DNA of 64,000 nucleotides from Candidatus Eiseniibacteriota bacterium. GTDB taxonomy: Bacteria; Eisenbacteria; RBG-16-71-46. Below the pieces are notes generated by a model. That model was given only the letters and a program-made list of their open reading frames with translations. It was not told where the DNA came from and did no database searches. The position numbers and the translations under genes were made by a program. Of the stretch, positions 10,946-22,633 are shown piece after piece. The stretch covers positions 64,001 through 128,000 of the forward strand of contig JBGAML010000009.1 of NCBI GenBank assembly GCA_044223005.1, given 5' to 3'. Positions within the stretch are counted from its first letter, which is position 1; every line of letters starts with the position of its first letter.

Positions 10946-12333
10946 CGTCGAAGCGCCGCTCGTCCTCCACGCCGACGCTCGCGTTCGTGACGCTCGGCTG
11001 CCCGAAGAACCAGGTCGACTCCGAGCACATGCTCGGCGCGCTCGTGCGCGAGGGCTACCGCACGGTGGCCGACCCGGGCGAGGCCGACGTCGCGGTCGTG
11101 AACACGTGCGCGTTCCTGCAGAGCGCGGTGCGCGAGTCGAGCGACGCGATCGAGCAGGTGGCGAGCCTCAAGGCGCGCGGCCGGCTGCGCGCGCTCGTCG
11201 TCACCGGCTGCCTCGCGCAGCGCGAGGGCGCGGCGCTGCTCGAGCGCTTCCCCGAGGTCGACGCGGTGCTCGGCACCGGGCACTGGCAGGACATCGGCGC
11301 CGCGGTCCGGCACGCGCTCGACGGCGCGGCCGAGCGGGTCGCGCGCACGGACGATCCCGGCGGCGCGATCGCGGACCTGGCGCCGCGCGCGCTCAGCACG
11401 CCGCGGCACATCGCCTACCTCAAGATCAGCGAAGGCTGCGATCACCGCTGCACCTTCTGCATCATCCCGCGCCTGCGCGGCGACCAGAATAGCCGCACGC
11501 TCGAGTCGCTCGTCGAGGAGGCGGAGCAGCTCGCGAAGCTGGGCGTGCGCGAGCTGAACCTGATCGGCCAGGACACGACCGGCTGGGGCACCGACCTGCC
11601 CGGCACGCCGCAGCTCGCGGACCTGCTTCGGGCGCTCGACTCGGTCGAGGGTCTCGAGTGGATCCGCGTCCAGTACACGTATCCGCGGCTCTGGAGCGAC
11701 CGGCTGATCGAAACGTGGGCCGGGGCGCGCCGCATCGTGCCCTACGTGGACATGCCGCTGCAGCACATCGCGCAGGAGGTCCTGCGCCGCATGGGCCGCG
11801 CGATGACCGAACGCGACACGCGCGCGCTGGTGCGCCGGATCAAGGACGGCATCCCCAGTGTGGCGTTCCGCACCAACTTCATCGTAGGTTTCCCGGGAGA
11901 AACCGAGGAGGAGTTCGAGACGCTCGTTCGCTACGTGGAGGAGGAACCTTTCGACAACGTGGTCGTCTTCGCCTACGAGCGTGAGCCCGAGACGCCGTCG
12001 CACGCCATGACCCCGCGGGTGGCGCTGAATACCCGCCGGTCGCGGCGCGCGCGGTTGCTCGCGCGCCAGCAGCAGCTCTCCCGCGAACGGCTCGCCCGCC
12101 GCATCGGCGATGTCGTGCCGGTGATGGTCGACGGGCCCGCCGGCGGGCGCGAGGGGCTGTGGGCGGCGCGGACGCCGGGCTCGGCGTGGGAGGTGGATGG
12201 TGGCGTCGTCGTCGAAGGGGAAGACCTGGTTCCGGGGGAGGTCGTGCCGGCGCGCATCGTCGGTGCGTCCGCCTACGACCTGTTCGCGCGCGTGGAACGG
12301 CCGTCCGATCCCGCGCTTCACGTCCTGAGCTGA
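10942..12333 (+). CDS. rimO: Ribosomal protein S12 methylthiotransferase RimO
   Basis: TLGCPKNQVDSE, VNTCAF, radical SAM motif ISEGCDHRCTFCIIP, FIVGFPGETEEEF and C-terminal TRAM domain. GTGA overlap with the ftsK stop. Confidence 0.93.
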   Translation: MTSKRRSSSTPTLAFVTLGCPKNQVDSEHMLGALVREGYRTVADPGEADVAVVNTCAFLQSAVRESSDAIEQVASLKARGRLRALVVTGCLAQREGAALLERFPEVDAVLGTGHWQDIGAAVRHALDGAAERVARTDDPGGAIADLAPRALSTPRHIAYLKISEGCDHRCTFCIIPRLRGDQNSRTLESLVEEAEQLAKLGVRELNLIGQDTTGWGTDLPGTPQLADLLRALDSVEGLEWIRVQYTYPRLWSDRLIETWAGARRIVPYVDMPLQHIAQEVLRRMGRAMTERDTRALVRRIKDGIPSVAFRTNFIVGFPGETEEEFETLVRYVEEEPFDNVVVFAYEREPETPSHAMTPRVALNTRRSRRARLLARQQQLSRERLARRIGDVVPVMVDGPAGGREGLWAARTPGSAWEVDGGVVVEGEDLVPGEVVPARIVGASAYDLFARVERPSDPALHVLS

Positions 12334-13104
12334 ATGAGGATCCATCGGATGCGTGCACGTATGGGCGGATTGCCGCTCGCGCTGCTGGCCGTCGCGTTCC
12401 TGGCTTCGGCGGCACACGCCGGCAAGTTCCGCTACGCCAGCGGCCCCAAGGTCCCGGCCGACACCGCGCTCTACGTCGGGAACGCCTACCTCGAGCCCGT
12501 GGTGAGCTCGCGGGGCCAGCGCGTGCCCTACACGAACCTCCAGCTGGTCGCGTTCGTCGCGGATTCCGCGGCGCCGCGCGCGCTGGCCTCCGCGCCGCTC
12601 GAGAGCGGCCAGCACGTGGTGCTGTCGCCGGCGCGCGCACACCCGCTCGACTTCGTCGCCGAACGCAGCCTGCTCGCGGCGCTCACCGCCCGCGGCGTCC
12701 AGGTCACCGTGCGCCACACGCCGGTGCCCGACGACAGCGTGTCGCTGCTGTACGCGCGCCCCGGCGATCCGCTGCTCGAGTACACCCTGGGCTCGGCCAA
12801 GGTGTCGTACGTGCGGCTGGTCGGCTGGCTGCCGGGCCGCGTCAAGATCGAGCGCCAGGCGCTGGTGCAGGGCAACCTCGTGATGCGCGACCCCACGACC
12901 TCGCGCGTCCTGTGGTCCGGTGACGTCGGCTACTCGTTCGTCGACCGCTTCCCGCGCAACAAGCAGTCGGTGGTCGAGGACGCGCGCTACACCGACCTCA
13001 AGGACGACGTGCCCGGCCGCAGCATCGACAAGCTCGCCGAGCCGGTGATCGTGCTCGCGATCGTCGGCGGCCTGATCGCGCTCTTCTTCCAGAACAAGCC
13101 GTGA
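12334..13104 (+). CDS. Hypothetical exported protein with C-terminal hydrophobic anchor
   Basis: Signal peptide (LPLALLAVAFLASAAHA) and C-terminal EPVIVLAIVGGLIALFFQNKP. Coupled to rimO and bamD. Alternative starts 12349 and 12361. Confidence 0.75.
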   Translation: MRIHRMRARMGGLPLALLAVAFLASAAHAGKFRYASGPKVPADTALYVGNAYLEPVVSSRGQRVPYTNLQLVAFVADSAAPRALASAPLESGQHVVLSPARAHPLDFVAERSLLAALTARGVQVTVRHTPVPDDSVSLLYARPGDPLLEYTLGSAKVSYVRLVGWLPGRVKIERQALVQGNLVMRDPTTSRVLWSGDVGYSFVDRFPRNKQSVVEDARYTDLKDDVPGRSIDKLAEPVIVLAIVGGLIALFFQNKP

Positions 13105-14000
13105 CGGTCTCTTCCCGTCGCTCCCCGTCAGGAGGTTTCTTGAATCCGTCTCTCCGGGCCGCTCTCGCGGGGCTCGTGCTCGCCGTGCTGGCCGCAGGCT
13201 GTGGCGCGTCGATCGTGCCGCAGATCCGCAACGACGCCGACCGGCTCACGGTCGCGCGCCGGCTGCACGACCAGGGCGAGAACGCCGTGGTGGTGGAGGT
13301 GTTGAGTGCCTACACCACGACCAGTGGTGGCAGCGCCGACATCGACCAGGCCGTGTACCTGCTGGGGCTCGCGTACCTGTCGCAGAAGGACTGGGTGAAC
13401 GCGCAGACGCAGTTCGAGCGCGTGACGCGCGACTACCCCGAGAGCGACAGCGCCGTCGCCGCCGCGTACCACCTCGGCGAAGCGATGCTCGGCCAGTCGC
13501 GCGGTCCCGACTTCGACCAGGAATACACGCTCAAGGCGATGTCGCAGTGGCAGCGGATCGTCGCCGACGTTCCCGGCACCGAATGGGCCGACCGCGCGCA
13601 GGCGCGCGTGGCCGAGTGCCGCGCGAAGCTGGCGCGCAAGCTCTGGCGCAACGGCGACCTGTACGTGAAGCAGAACCTGTACGAGCCCGCGCTCATCTAC
13701 TTCCGCAGCATCATCACGGACTACTCCGACACGCCGGTGCTGGGGGATGCGCTGATCGGCCTCGCGGTCGCGGACGCGCGCCTCGGGCGCAAGGACACGG
13801 CGCTCGTGATCCTCGGCGACTTGCAGAAGCGCTTCGAGGGGCACGAACTCGGGCTGCGCGCGTCGGAGATGCGCGCGAAGGTGGAGAAGTGGCCGGCGGC
13901 GGGGGACACGAAGCACCTCCGCCACCGCAGCGTCGAGCAGGCCCAGCCCACGCCGCAGAGCGTGACGCCGGGCAACTCGTCGAACCCGTTCGGCTCGTGA
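13101..14000 (+). CDS. bamD: Outer membrane protein assembly factor BamD (TPR lipoprotein)
   Basis: Lipobox LAAGC and TPRs (AVYLLGLAY, FERVTRDYPES, DQEYTLKA, GDLYVK..YEPALIYF). Alternative TTG start at 13140 after AGGAGG. Confidence 0.8.
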   Translation: MTVSSRRSPSGGFLNPSLRAALAGLVLAVLAAGCGASIVPQIRNDADRLTVARRLHDQGENAVVVEVLSAYTTTSGGSADIDQAVYLLGLAYLSQKDWVNAQTQFERVTRDYPESDSAVAAAYHLGEAMLGQSRGPDFDQEYTLKAMSQWQRIVADVPGTEWADRAQARVAECRAKLARKLWRNGDLYVKQNLYEPALIYFRSIITDYSDTPVLGDALIGLAVADARLGRKDTALVILGDLQKRFEGHELGLRASEMRAKVEKWPAAGDTKHLRHRSVEQAQPTPQSVTPGNSSNPFGS

Positions 14001-14608
14001 GCGGACGGGCCGCGCCCCGGCGCCTCGGCGTGTTCGGCGGGACGTTCGACCCGCCGCACGTCGGCCATCTCGCGCTCGCCGAGTGCGCGCGCGAGGAGCT
14101 GGCGCTGGACCACGTGCTGTTCGTGCCCGCGGGCACGCCGCCACACAAGCGCGGCGCACGGACGCCGGCCGCGGCACGGCTGGCGATGACGCGGCTCGCG
14201 GTGCGCGGTCACCGCGGCTTCGCCGTGAGCGACCTCGAACTGCGCCGCGACGGCCCGTCGTACACCGCCGACACGCTGCGGACGCTCGCGGCGAAGTGGC
14301 CCCGCACGAAGCTCGTGCTGCTCGTGGGCGCCGACATGTTCGCGACGCTCGGCGCGTGGCGCGAGCCGCGTGCGATCGCTGCGCTCGCCGAGATCGCGGT
14401 GGCGGTCCGCCCCGGGACGCGCCGGCCGAAGGCCGGGGCGTGGGCGCGCGGCGGCCGCGGCGTGCACTGGCTGCACAACGCCGCGCTCGACGTGTCGTCG
14501 CGCGAGGTCCGCACGCGTGCCCGCGCCGGGCGCAGCCTGCGCTATCTGGTGCCCGACCCGGTCGCGCGCTACGTCGTGCGGCACCGGCTCTACCGGGAGG
14601 ACGCGTGA
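13997..14608 (+). CDS. nadD: Nicotinate-nucleotide adenylyltransferase
   Basis: GVFGGTFDPPHVGH, SYTADTL, LVGADM, DVSSREVR. GTGA overlap. Confidence 0.95.
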   Translation: MSGRAAPRRLGVFGGTFDPPHVGHLALAECAREELALDHVLFVPAGTPPHKRGARTPAAARLAMTRLAVRGHRGFAVSDLELRRDGPSYTADTLRTLAAKWPRTKLVLLVGADMFATLGAWREPRAIAALAEIAVAVRPGTRRPKAGAWARGGRGVHWLHNAALDVSSREVRTRARAGRSLRYLVPDPVARYVVRHRLYREDA

Positions 14609-15336
14609 CGTACCGGCCGCGGGAGTTCTGGGAGCAGCGCCTGAGCGAGCAGTTCGACCTGCGCGGCACGGGCGAGACGAGCATGAGCGCGGCGTACAAC
14701 GACGCCTGCTACGTATTGCGCCGCGAGGTGCTCGACCGCACGCTCGCCGAAGCGGGCATCGACCCGCGCGGCAAGGACGTGCTCGACGTGGGCTGCGGCA
14801 GCGGCTTCTGGACGAACTACTACGTGAGCCGCGGCGCGCGCTACACCGGCGTCGACATCGCCGAGGCCAGCGTGCAGCGCCTGCGCGAACGCTGGCCGCA
14901 GGCGAACTTCCTGCGCGCCGACGTCGGCGGCGACGACGTGCCGGGGAGCTACGACGTCGTCAACGTGTTCGACGTGCTGTACCACATCACCGACGACGCT
15001 CGCTGGGAGGCCGCGGTCCAGCGGCTCGGCCGCGCGCTCAAGCCCGGTGGCGTCCTGCTCGTCACCGACACGTTCGCCGACACGCCCGGCCTGCAGTCGC
15101 ACAACAAGATGCGCGCGCTCGCGCGCTACCGGGCCGCGCTCGAGGCGACGGGCCTGCGTTTCGAGTGGAGCGAGCTGCGCCCGACGCACGTGCTGCTCAA
15201 CATCCACCTCGGCTTCTGGCGGTTCCTCAACCGAGCCCCGGGACTGCTGCTCGCGCTCGACCGCACGCTGCTCGCGCTGGGCGCCGGCCGCGACGAACAC
15301 CACAACCGCCTGGTGGCGATCCGCCGCGTCGGCTGA
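14605..15336 (+). CDS. Class I SAM-dependent methyltransferase
   Basis: VLDVGCGSG, GVDIA, FDVLYHI, ALKPGGVLL. GTGA overlap with nadD. Confidence 0.88.
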   Translation: MTYRPREFWEQRLSEQFDLRGTGETSMSAAYNDACYVLRREVLDRTLAEAGIDPRGKDVLDVGCGSGFWTNYYVSRGARYTGVDIAEASVQRLRERWPQANFLRADVGGDDVPGSYDVVNVFDVLYHITDDARWEAAVQRLGRALKPGGVLLVTDTFADTPGLQSHNKMRALARYRAALEATGLRFEWSELRPTHVLLNIHLGFWRFLNRAPGLLLALDRTLLALGAGRDEHHNRLVAIRRVG

Positions 15337-15356
15337 CTGCACCTCCCGAATGGACG

Positions 15357-15386
15357 ACGCCCGCGGACCGGATGGTCCGCGGGCGT
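15357..15386. terminator. Hairpin between convergent genes (probable bidirectional terminator)
   Basis: ACGCCCGCGGACC-GGAT-GGTCCGCGGGCGT, 13-bp perfect stem, followed by TCGTGTT. Confidence 0.65.
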
Positions 15387-15409
15387 TCGTGTTCTCGCGG
15401 CGGTGCGAC

Positions 15410-16348
15410 CTACCGGTACCGTGCCTTGAGCGCTCCCCATGTCGTGTTCGCGGTCGGCGTCGGGGCGCTCGGGCTGAAGATCTGGATGCTGTAGTGGTAG
15501 GTGTCGCTCACCCAGATGTTGCCCATCTGGGTCACCGCGACGCCCCACGGGTTGTAGAACGTGGCCGCGGTACCCCACTGCAGCACGGGCGTGCCGTTGG
15601 CGCGGAACTTCTCGATGCGGTTGTTGAGCTGGTCGGTCACGTAGAGATCGCCGGAGACCGGGTCGCGGCCGAGGCCGACGGGGAAGTGGAACTGCCCGAG
15701 AGCGGTGCCGAGCGAACCGAACGACGAGAGGAAGTTGCCGGTCGCGGAGAAGCGGTCGACGCGGTTGTTCATCTCGTTCGCAACCAGCACTTCGCCCGTC
15801 GCGGGCTCGACCACGATGCCGAACGGGTAGTCGAGCTGCCCCGCGCCCGAGCCCTGCGTGCCGAAGCTGGACAGGAACGCGCCATTGCGATCGAAGATCG
15901 ACACGCGCCCGCCCCAGAGTTCGGTGACGTACAGCTTCGAGTAGTCACTCGAGAACGCGAGGTTCGTGGGCAACAGGAGTTCGCCCGGGCCGGAGCCGTA
16001 GCCGCCCCACGTCGCGACGGGGTGCATGAACCGGTCGTACTTGCGGACCAGGTGCGCGTGCTGCTCGGCGACGTAGAGATTGAGCGAGTCGTCGAGCGCC
16101 ACACCGGTCGGCTGGTCGAGCCCGGCGATCGCGATCGGGCCGAAGTTCCCGAGTTCGTCCAGGGTGACGACCTGGCCGAGGTCCTGGAGCGGGACGTAGA
16201 TCGTGCCGCCGGGGGCCTGTGCGATCTGGCCCGGCCGCACCTTGAAGCCACAATAGATGGAGCCGATCTGTTGCGGAATCGGGTCGGCGTGGACGGTCGG
16301 GGGAATGAGCAGACCCGCGAGCACGAGGAGCGAGTACCACTTGCGCAT
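15410..16348 (-). CDS. Secreted NHL-repeat beta-propeller protein with C-terminal TTWGALKARYR tail
   Basis: Signal peptide MRKWYSLLVLAGLLIPPTVHA and NHL repeats (GSGPGELLLP, GSGAGQLDYP, GTALGQFHFP). GGAGGA RBS before ATG 16348. Confidence 0.88.
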   Translation of the reverse strand: MRKWYSLLVLAGLLIPPTVHADPIPQQIGSIYCGFKVRPGQIAQAPGGTIYVPLQDLGQVVTLDELGNFGPIAIAGLDQPTGVALDDSLNLYVAEQHAHLVRKYDRFMHPVATWGGYGSGPGELLLPTNLAFSSDYSKLYVTELWGGRVSIFDRNGAFLSSFGTQGSGAGQLDYPFGIVVEPATGEVLVANEMNNRVDRFSATGNFLSSFGSLGTALGQFHFPVGLGRDPVSGDLYVTDQLNNRIEKFRANGTPVLQWGTAATFYNPWGVAVTQMGNIWVSDTYHYSIQIFSPSAPTPTANTTWGALKARYR

Positions 16349-16583
16349 GCTGTCCTCCACGAACGCGGTGCGGATGCCACGGAGTGAAGCGTCCGTTCGG
16401 GAGACCGGGACAGCGGCCTGCCCGAATTCACCCTCAAGCGTAGCGCGTGCAGAACCCTCGGCACAACCGGGCCGATGGTCGCCCGCGCGCGCGCTGTGCT
16501 AGCGTGACGGTGGCTCGCCCCGCGCCGCTGGCGGCGGGGCCGTCCGGCGGGGCCGCGCGATCGCGGCCGGGTGGAGGAACGCG

Positions 16584-17951
16584 ATGGCGCATGCGGGAGT
16601 GGAGCGACGGATCGCCGGGATCCCGGTGCCCCCGGGAGGACGTGCGCTCGTCCTGGGGGATTCCGCCCTCGCGCCCGCCCTGCGCGCGCGCGGCTGGGAC
16701 GTGCTCGCACGCACGTCGCCCGAGCCGCTCGACCTCCCGGACGCCCACGTTCAGCTCGCCGTCGTGGCTGGCGTGTTCGGGCGCCACGAATGGGACCGCT
16801 GGCTGCTGCAGGAGCTCGAACGCGTGCTCGCGCCGGGGGGCGTGCTCGTGGCGACCGTGCCCAACCTGACGAGCCTCGTCTCGCCCTCGGACTGGGCGTT
16901 CTTCGCGGGACGGGCGCTGGTCGCGGCCCGCCGGCGCGCCGCGAAGCTCGCGGGACGGCCGGCGCCGGCGTTCGGCTTTTCGGGGCGGCGCTACCGGATC
17001 GCGCAGTTCCTCGCGCTGCTGCCGCCGCTCGGATTCGCGGACGTGACCTGCGATCCGGCGCCGGCAGGCGCGGCGCCGGCCGTGCGCGAGTACGTGGTCT
17101 CGGCGCGCGCGACGGCGAGCCGCTTCGGCGAACACCCCGAGCGGCCGTGGCCGGACGCTGCGGCACACCGCGCGCGCTACGAGGCCGCGAATCCCGCGTT
17201 CCTCGCGCATCGCGACGCGTGGGTGCGCGCGCATCCGGCGATCCCGCTCGGCGCGCCGCGCGAGCTCGACCCGGCGGCGTTCGCGGGCCGCGACGTGCTC
17301 GTGCTCGCGCCGCATCCGGACGACGAGGTGATCGGCGCGGGCGGCACGCTCTCGCGCCTCGTGGCCGCGGGAGCGCGCGTGACGGCGCTGCAGGCGACCG
17401 ACGGCAGCGAGGGCGCGGCGCTGCGTGACGCCTCCGACGCCGACCGGCGCCGCATCCGGCTCGACGAGGCGGCGGCGGTCGCGCGGGCGGCGGGCTTTTC
17501 GCACGTGGAGTTCTGGCGCGAGGACAACGGCCACTTCCGCGCGACCGACGGCTGCGTCACACGCATGCGCGAGCTGCTCGCGCGCGTCCGGCCGGCCCTG
17601 GTGTTCACTCCGTTCGTCGCGGACATTCATCCCGACCACGGCACCCTGAACCGCATCCTCGCGCGTGCGCTCGACGACGCCTCGCCGGCGCGCGTGCTGC
17701 AGTACGAGGTGTGGGGGCTGGTGCCGGCGAACACGTGGTGCGACGTCACCACGCGCGGCGCCGAGCTCGAGCGTCTGCTGCGGCTCTACCCGACGGCGAT
17801 GAAGGTCGACGACTTCGTCCACTTCTGCGAGGACCGGAACCACTGGCACGCGATCGCGCTCGCGGGCCGCGGCGGCCTCGCCGAAGCGTTTCTCGAAACC
17901 TCCGCGGCCGATTTCCGGCGCGTCGCGGACGAACCGGTGGCCGGCTCATGA
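16584..17951 (+). CDS. PIG-L/LmbE family N-deacetylase fused to an N-terminal methyltransferase-like fragment
   Basis: LAPHPDDEVIGAGG, TDGSEG, R..EA and DIHPDH zinc motifs. N-terminal ELERVLAPGGVLVATVPN is a typical class I MTase tail. Confidence 0.82.
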   Translation: MAHAGVERRIAGIPVPPGGRALVLGDSALAPALRARGWDVLARTSPEPLDLPDAHVQLAVVAGVFGRHEWDRWLLQELERVLAPGGVLVATVPNLTSLVSPSDWAFFAGRALVAARRRAAKLAGRPAPAFGFSGRRYRIAQFLALLPPLGFADVTCDPAPAGAAPAVREYVVSARATASRFGEHPERPWPDAAAHRARYEAANPAFLAHRDAWVRAHPAIPLGAPRELDPAAFAGRDVLVLAPHPDDEVIGAGGTLSRLVAAGARVTALQATDGSEGAALRDASDADRRRIRLDEAAAVARAAGFSHVEFWREDNGHFRATDGCVTRMRELLARVRPALVFTPFVADIHPDHGTLNRILARALDDASPARVLQYEVWGLVPANTWCDVTTRGAELERLLRLYPTAMKVDDFVHFCEDRNHWHAIALAGRGGLAEAFLETSAADFRRVADEPVAGS

Positions 17952-19032
17952 GCGACACGACGCGCGCCCCGCGCGACTGGGCGATCGCCCCGTACGCGCC
18001 GGGCGACGAGGCGAAGATCCTCGAGATGTTCAACACCGAGTTCGGCCGCTCGCGCTCGATCGAGCACTGGCGGTGGAAGTTCGGCACGAACCCGTACGGC
18101 GGCCCGTTCATCACGCTCGCGTGGCGGACGGCGGACCAACACCTCGTCGGCAACCACGTCCTGATGCCGTTCCCGCTGAACGTGCTCGGCCGCCAGGTGC
18201 TCGCGGGGCACTCGCTCGATCTCGTGGTGCGGCCGTCGCACTGGGGGCAGGGCATCTTCGAGGTCGCGGGCAAGGACTCGATCGAGCGGCTGCACGCGCA
18301 GGGCGGGCGCGCGGTGGTCGCGTTCCCCAACGTGTCCTCGTACCCGGGCTTCGTGCGTTCGCTCGGCTGGAACCGGATCCTGTTCCCGGAGCTCTGGACG
18401 CTGCGGCTCGACCTGGGCCGCGCGATCGAGCGCAAGCTCGAGCTGGGCCCGCTCGCCGCACTGGCGGGGCTGCCCTCGCGGATCGCGCGCGGTGCGTCGC
18501 TCGCCGCACAGCTGGGCGGGCTCGCGCACGGCCCGGTGGGCGCGCTCGCGTTCCGTTCGGACGCGGCACTGCCCGCGGACACGGACGCGCTCTGGAACGC
18601 GATCCGCTCGCAGGAAGTGATCTCGCTCTGGAAGGACGCGCGCTACCTCGACTGGCGCTACGTCCGCAATCCCGACCACCGGTTCCGCTTCGAATCGCTC
18701 GCGGGCGAGGACGGCACCGCGGCGCTCGCGGTCACGGTGGAGAAGGACGACGCCGTGATGATCTGCGAGCTGCTCGTGCGCGGGCGCTCGGTGCCGGTGG
18801 GGCGGCGGCTCGTACTCGAGATCGCACGCCGCGCGCTCGGGGCCCGGGCGCGGGCGCTGCAGTTCTTCGGCCACGACGCCGGCTACTTCGCCGAGGTGTT
18901 CGCGGGATTCGAGCGGCGCACGGCGTTCGAGAACGTGTTCGTGGGCCGCTCGCTCGCGGCCGACGACCTGGACCAGCGCCTCGCGAATCCGCACAACTGG
19001 ACGCTCACCTACGGCGACGCGGACTTCGTCTG

Positions 19033-19033
<1 letters not shown>
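17948..19033 (+). CDS. GNAT-family N-acyltransferase (two-domain)
   Basis: WRWKFGTNPYG, DLVVRPSHWGQGIF (acetyl-CoA binding), AFPN, YLDWRYVRNP. ATGA overlap. Confidence 0.82.
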
Positions 19034-21897
<2,864 letters not shown>

Positions 21898-21961
21898 GAC
21901 GGTTCCGGCCCCTGCGGCGCGCGATCGCGGGGGCCGGGAACGTCGGCGCGCGGAGGACCGG

Positions 21962-22633
21962 ATGAGCGAGACGTCGAAGCCGCGCCGCGCGCCCGTGGAC
22001 GACGGCCTGCTCCTCGTGGGGCTGGTCGGCCGCGCGGGCAGCGGCAAGAGCAGCGTCGCGCGCGTCTTCGCCGCCCGCGGCGCCGCGGTGATCGACGCGG
22101 ACCGGCTCGGGCACGAGGTCACCGACCACGATCCCGAGGTGCGCGCCGCGCTGCTCGCCGAATACGGCCCCGCGGTCTACCTCGAGGACGGCACGCTCAA
22201 CCGCCGGCTCGTCGCGACGATGGTGTTCTCGCATGCGGCCGCGCGTGAGCACCTGAATCGCCTCGTGCACCCGCGCATCGTGCAGCGCGTGCGCGCCGAG
22301 TTCGCGCGCCGCGTGGCCGAAGGCTGGCGCGGCACGGTGATCGTGGACGCGGCCCTCATGCTCGACTGGGGCTTCGAGCGCGAGTGCGACGCGGTGATCG
22401 CGGTCGTGGCGCCCGAGGCGGCGCAGGTCGCCCGGCTCGTCGCGGCGCGCGGCTGGTCCGAGGCCGATGCGCGCCGGCGGCTCGACGCGCAGCGCCCGGA
22501 GGCGGCGTTCCGCGAGGCGGCCGACGAGGTGATCGAGAACGCGGGCGCCGAGAGCGCGCTCGAGGCCGCCGCCGTCGCCGCGCTCGAGCGCGTGCGCGCG
22601 CGCCACGCCGCCGCGCTCGGGAGCCGCGCGTGA
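21962..22633 (+). CDS. coaE: Dephospho-CoA kinase
   Basis: VGLVGRAGSGKS, IDADRLGH, LVHPRI; follows polA. Confidence 0.93.
   Translation: MSETSKPRRAPVDDGLLLVGLVGRAGSGKSSVARVFAARGAAVIDADRLGHEVTDHDPEVRAALLAEYGPAVYLEDGTLNRRLVATMVFSHAAAREHLNRLVHPRIVQRVRAEFARRVAEGWRGTVIVDAALMLDWGFERECDAVIAVVAPEAAQVARLVAARGWSEADARRRLDAQRPEAAFREAADEVIENAGAESALEAAAVAALERVRARHAAALGSRA

Noticed and set aside
18073..19032. Apparent N-terminal extension of PolA
   Set aside because: Alternative frame of the GNAT gene.
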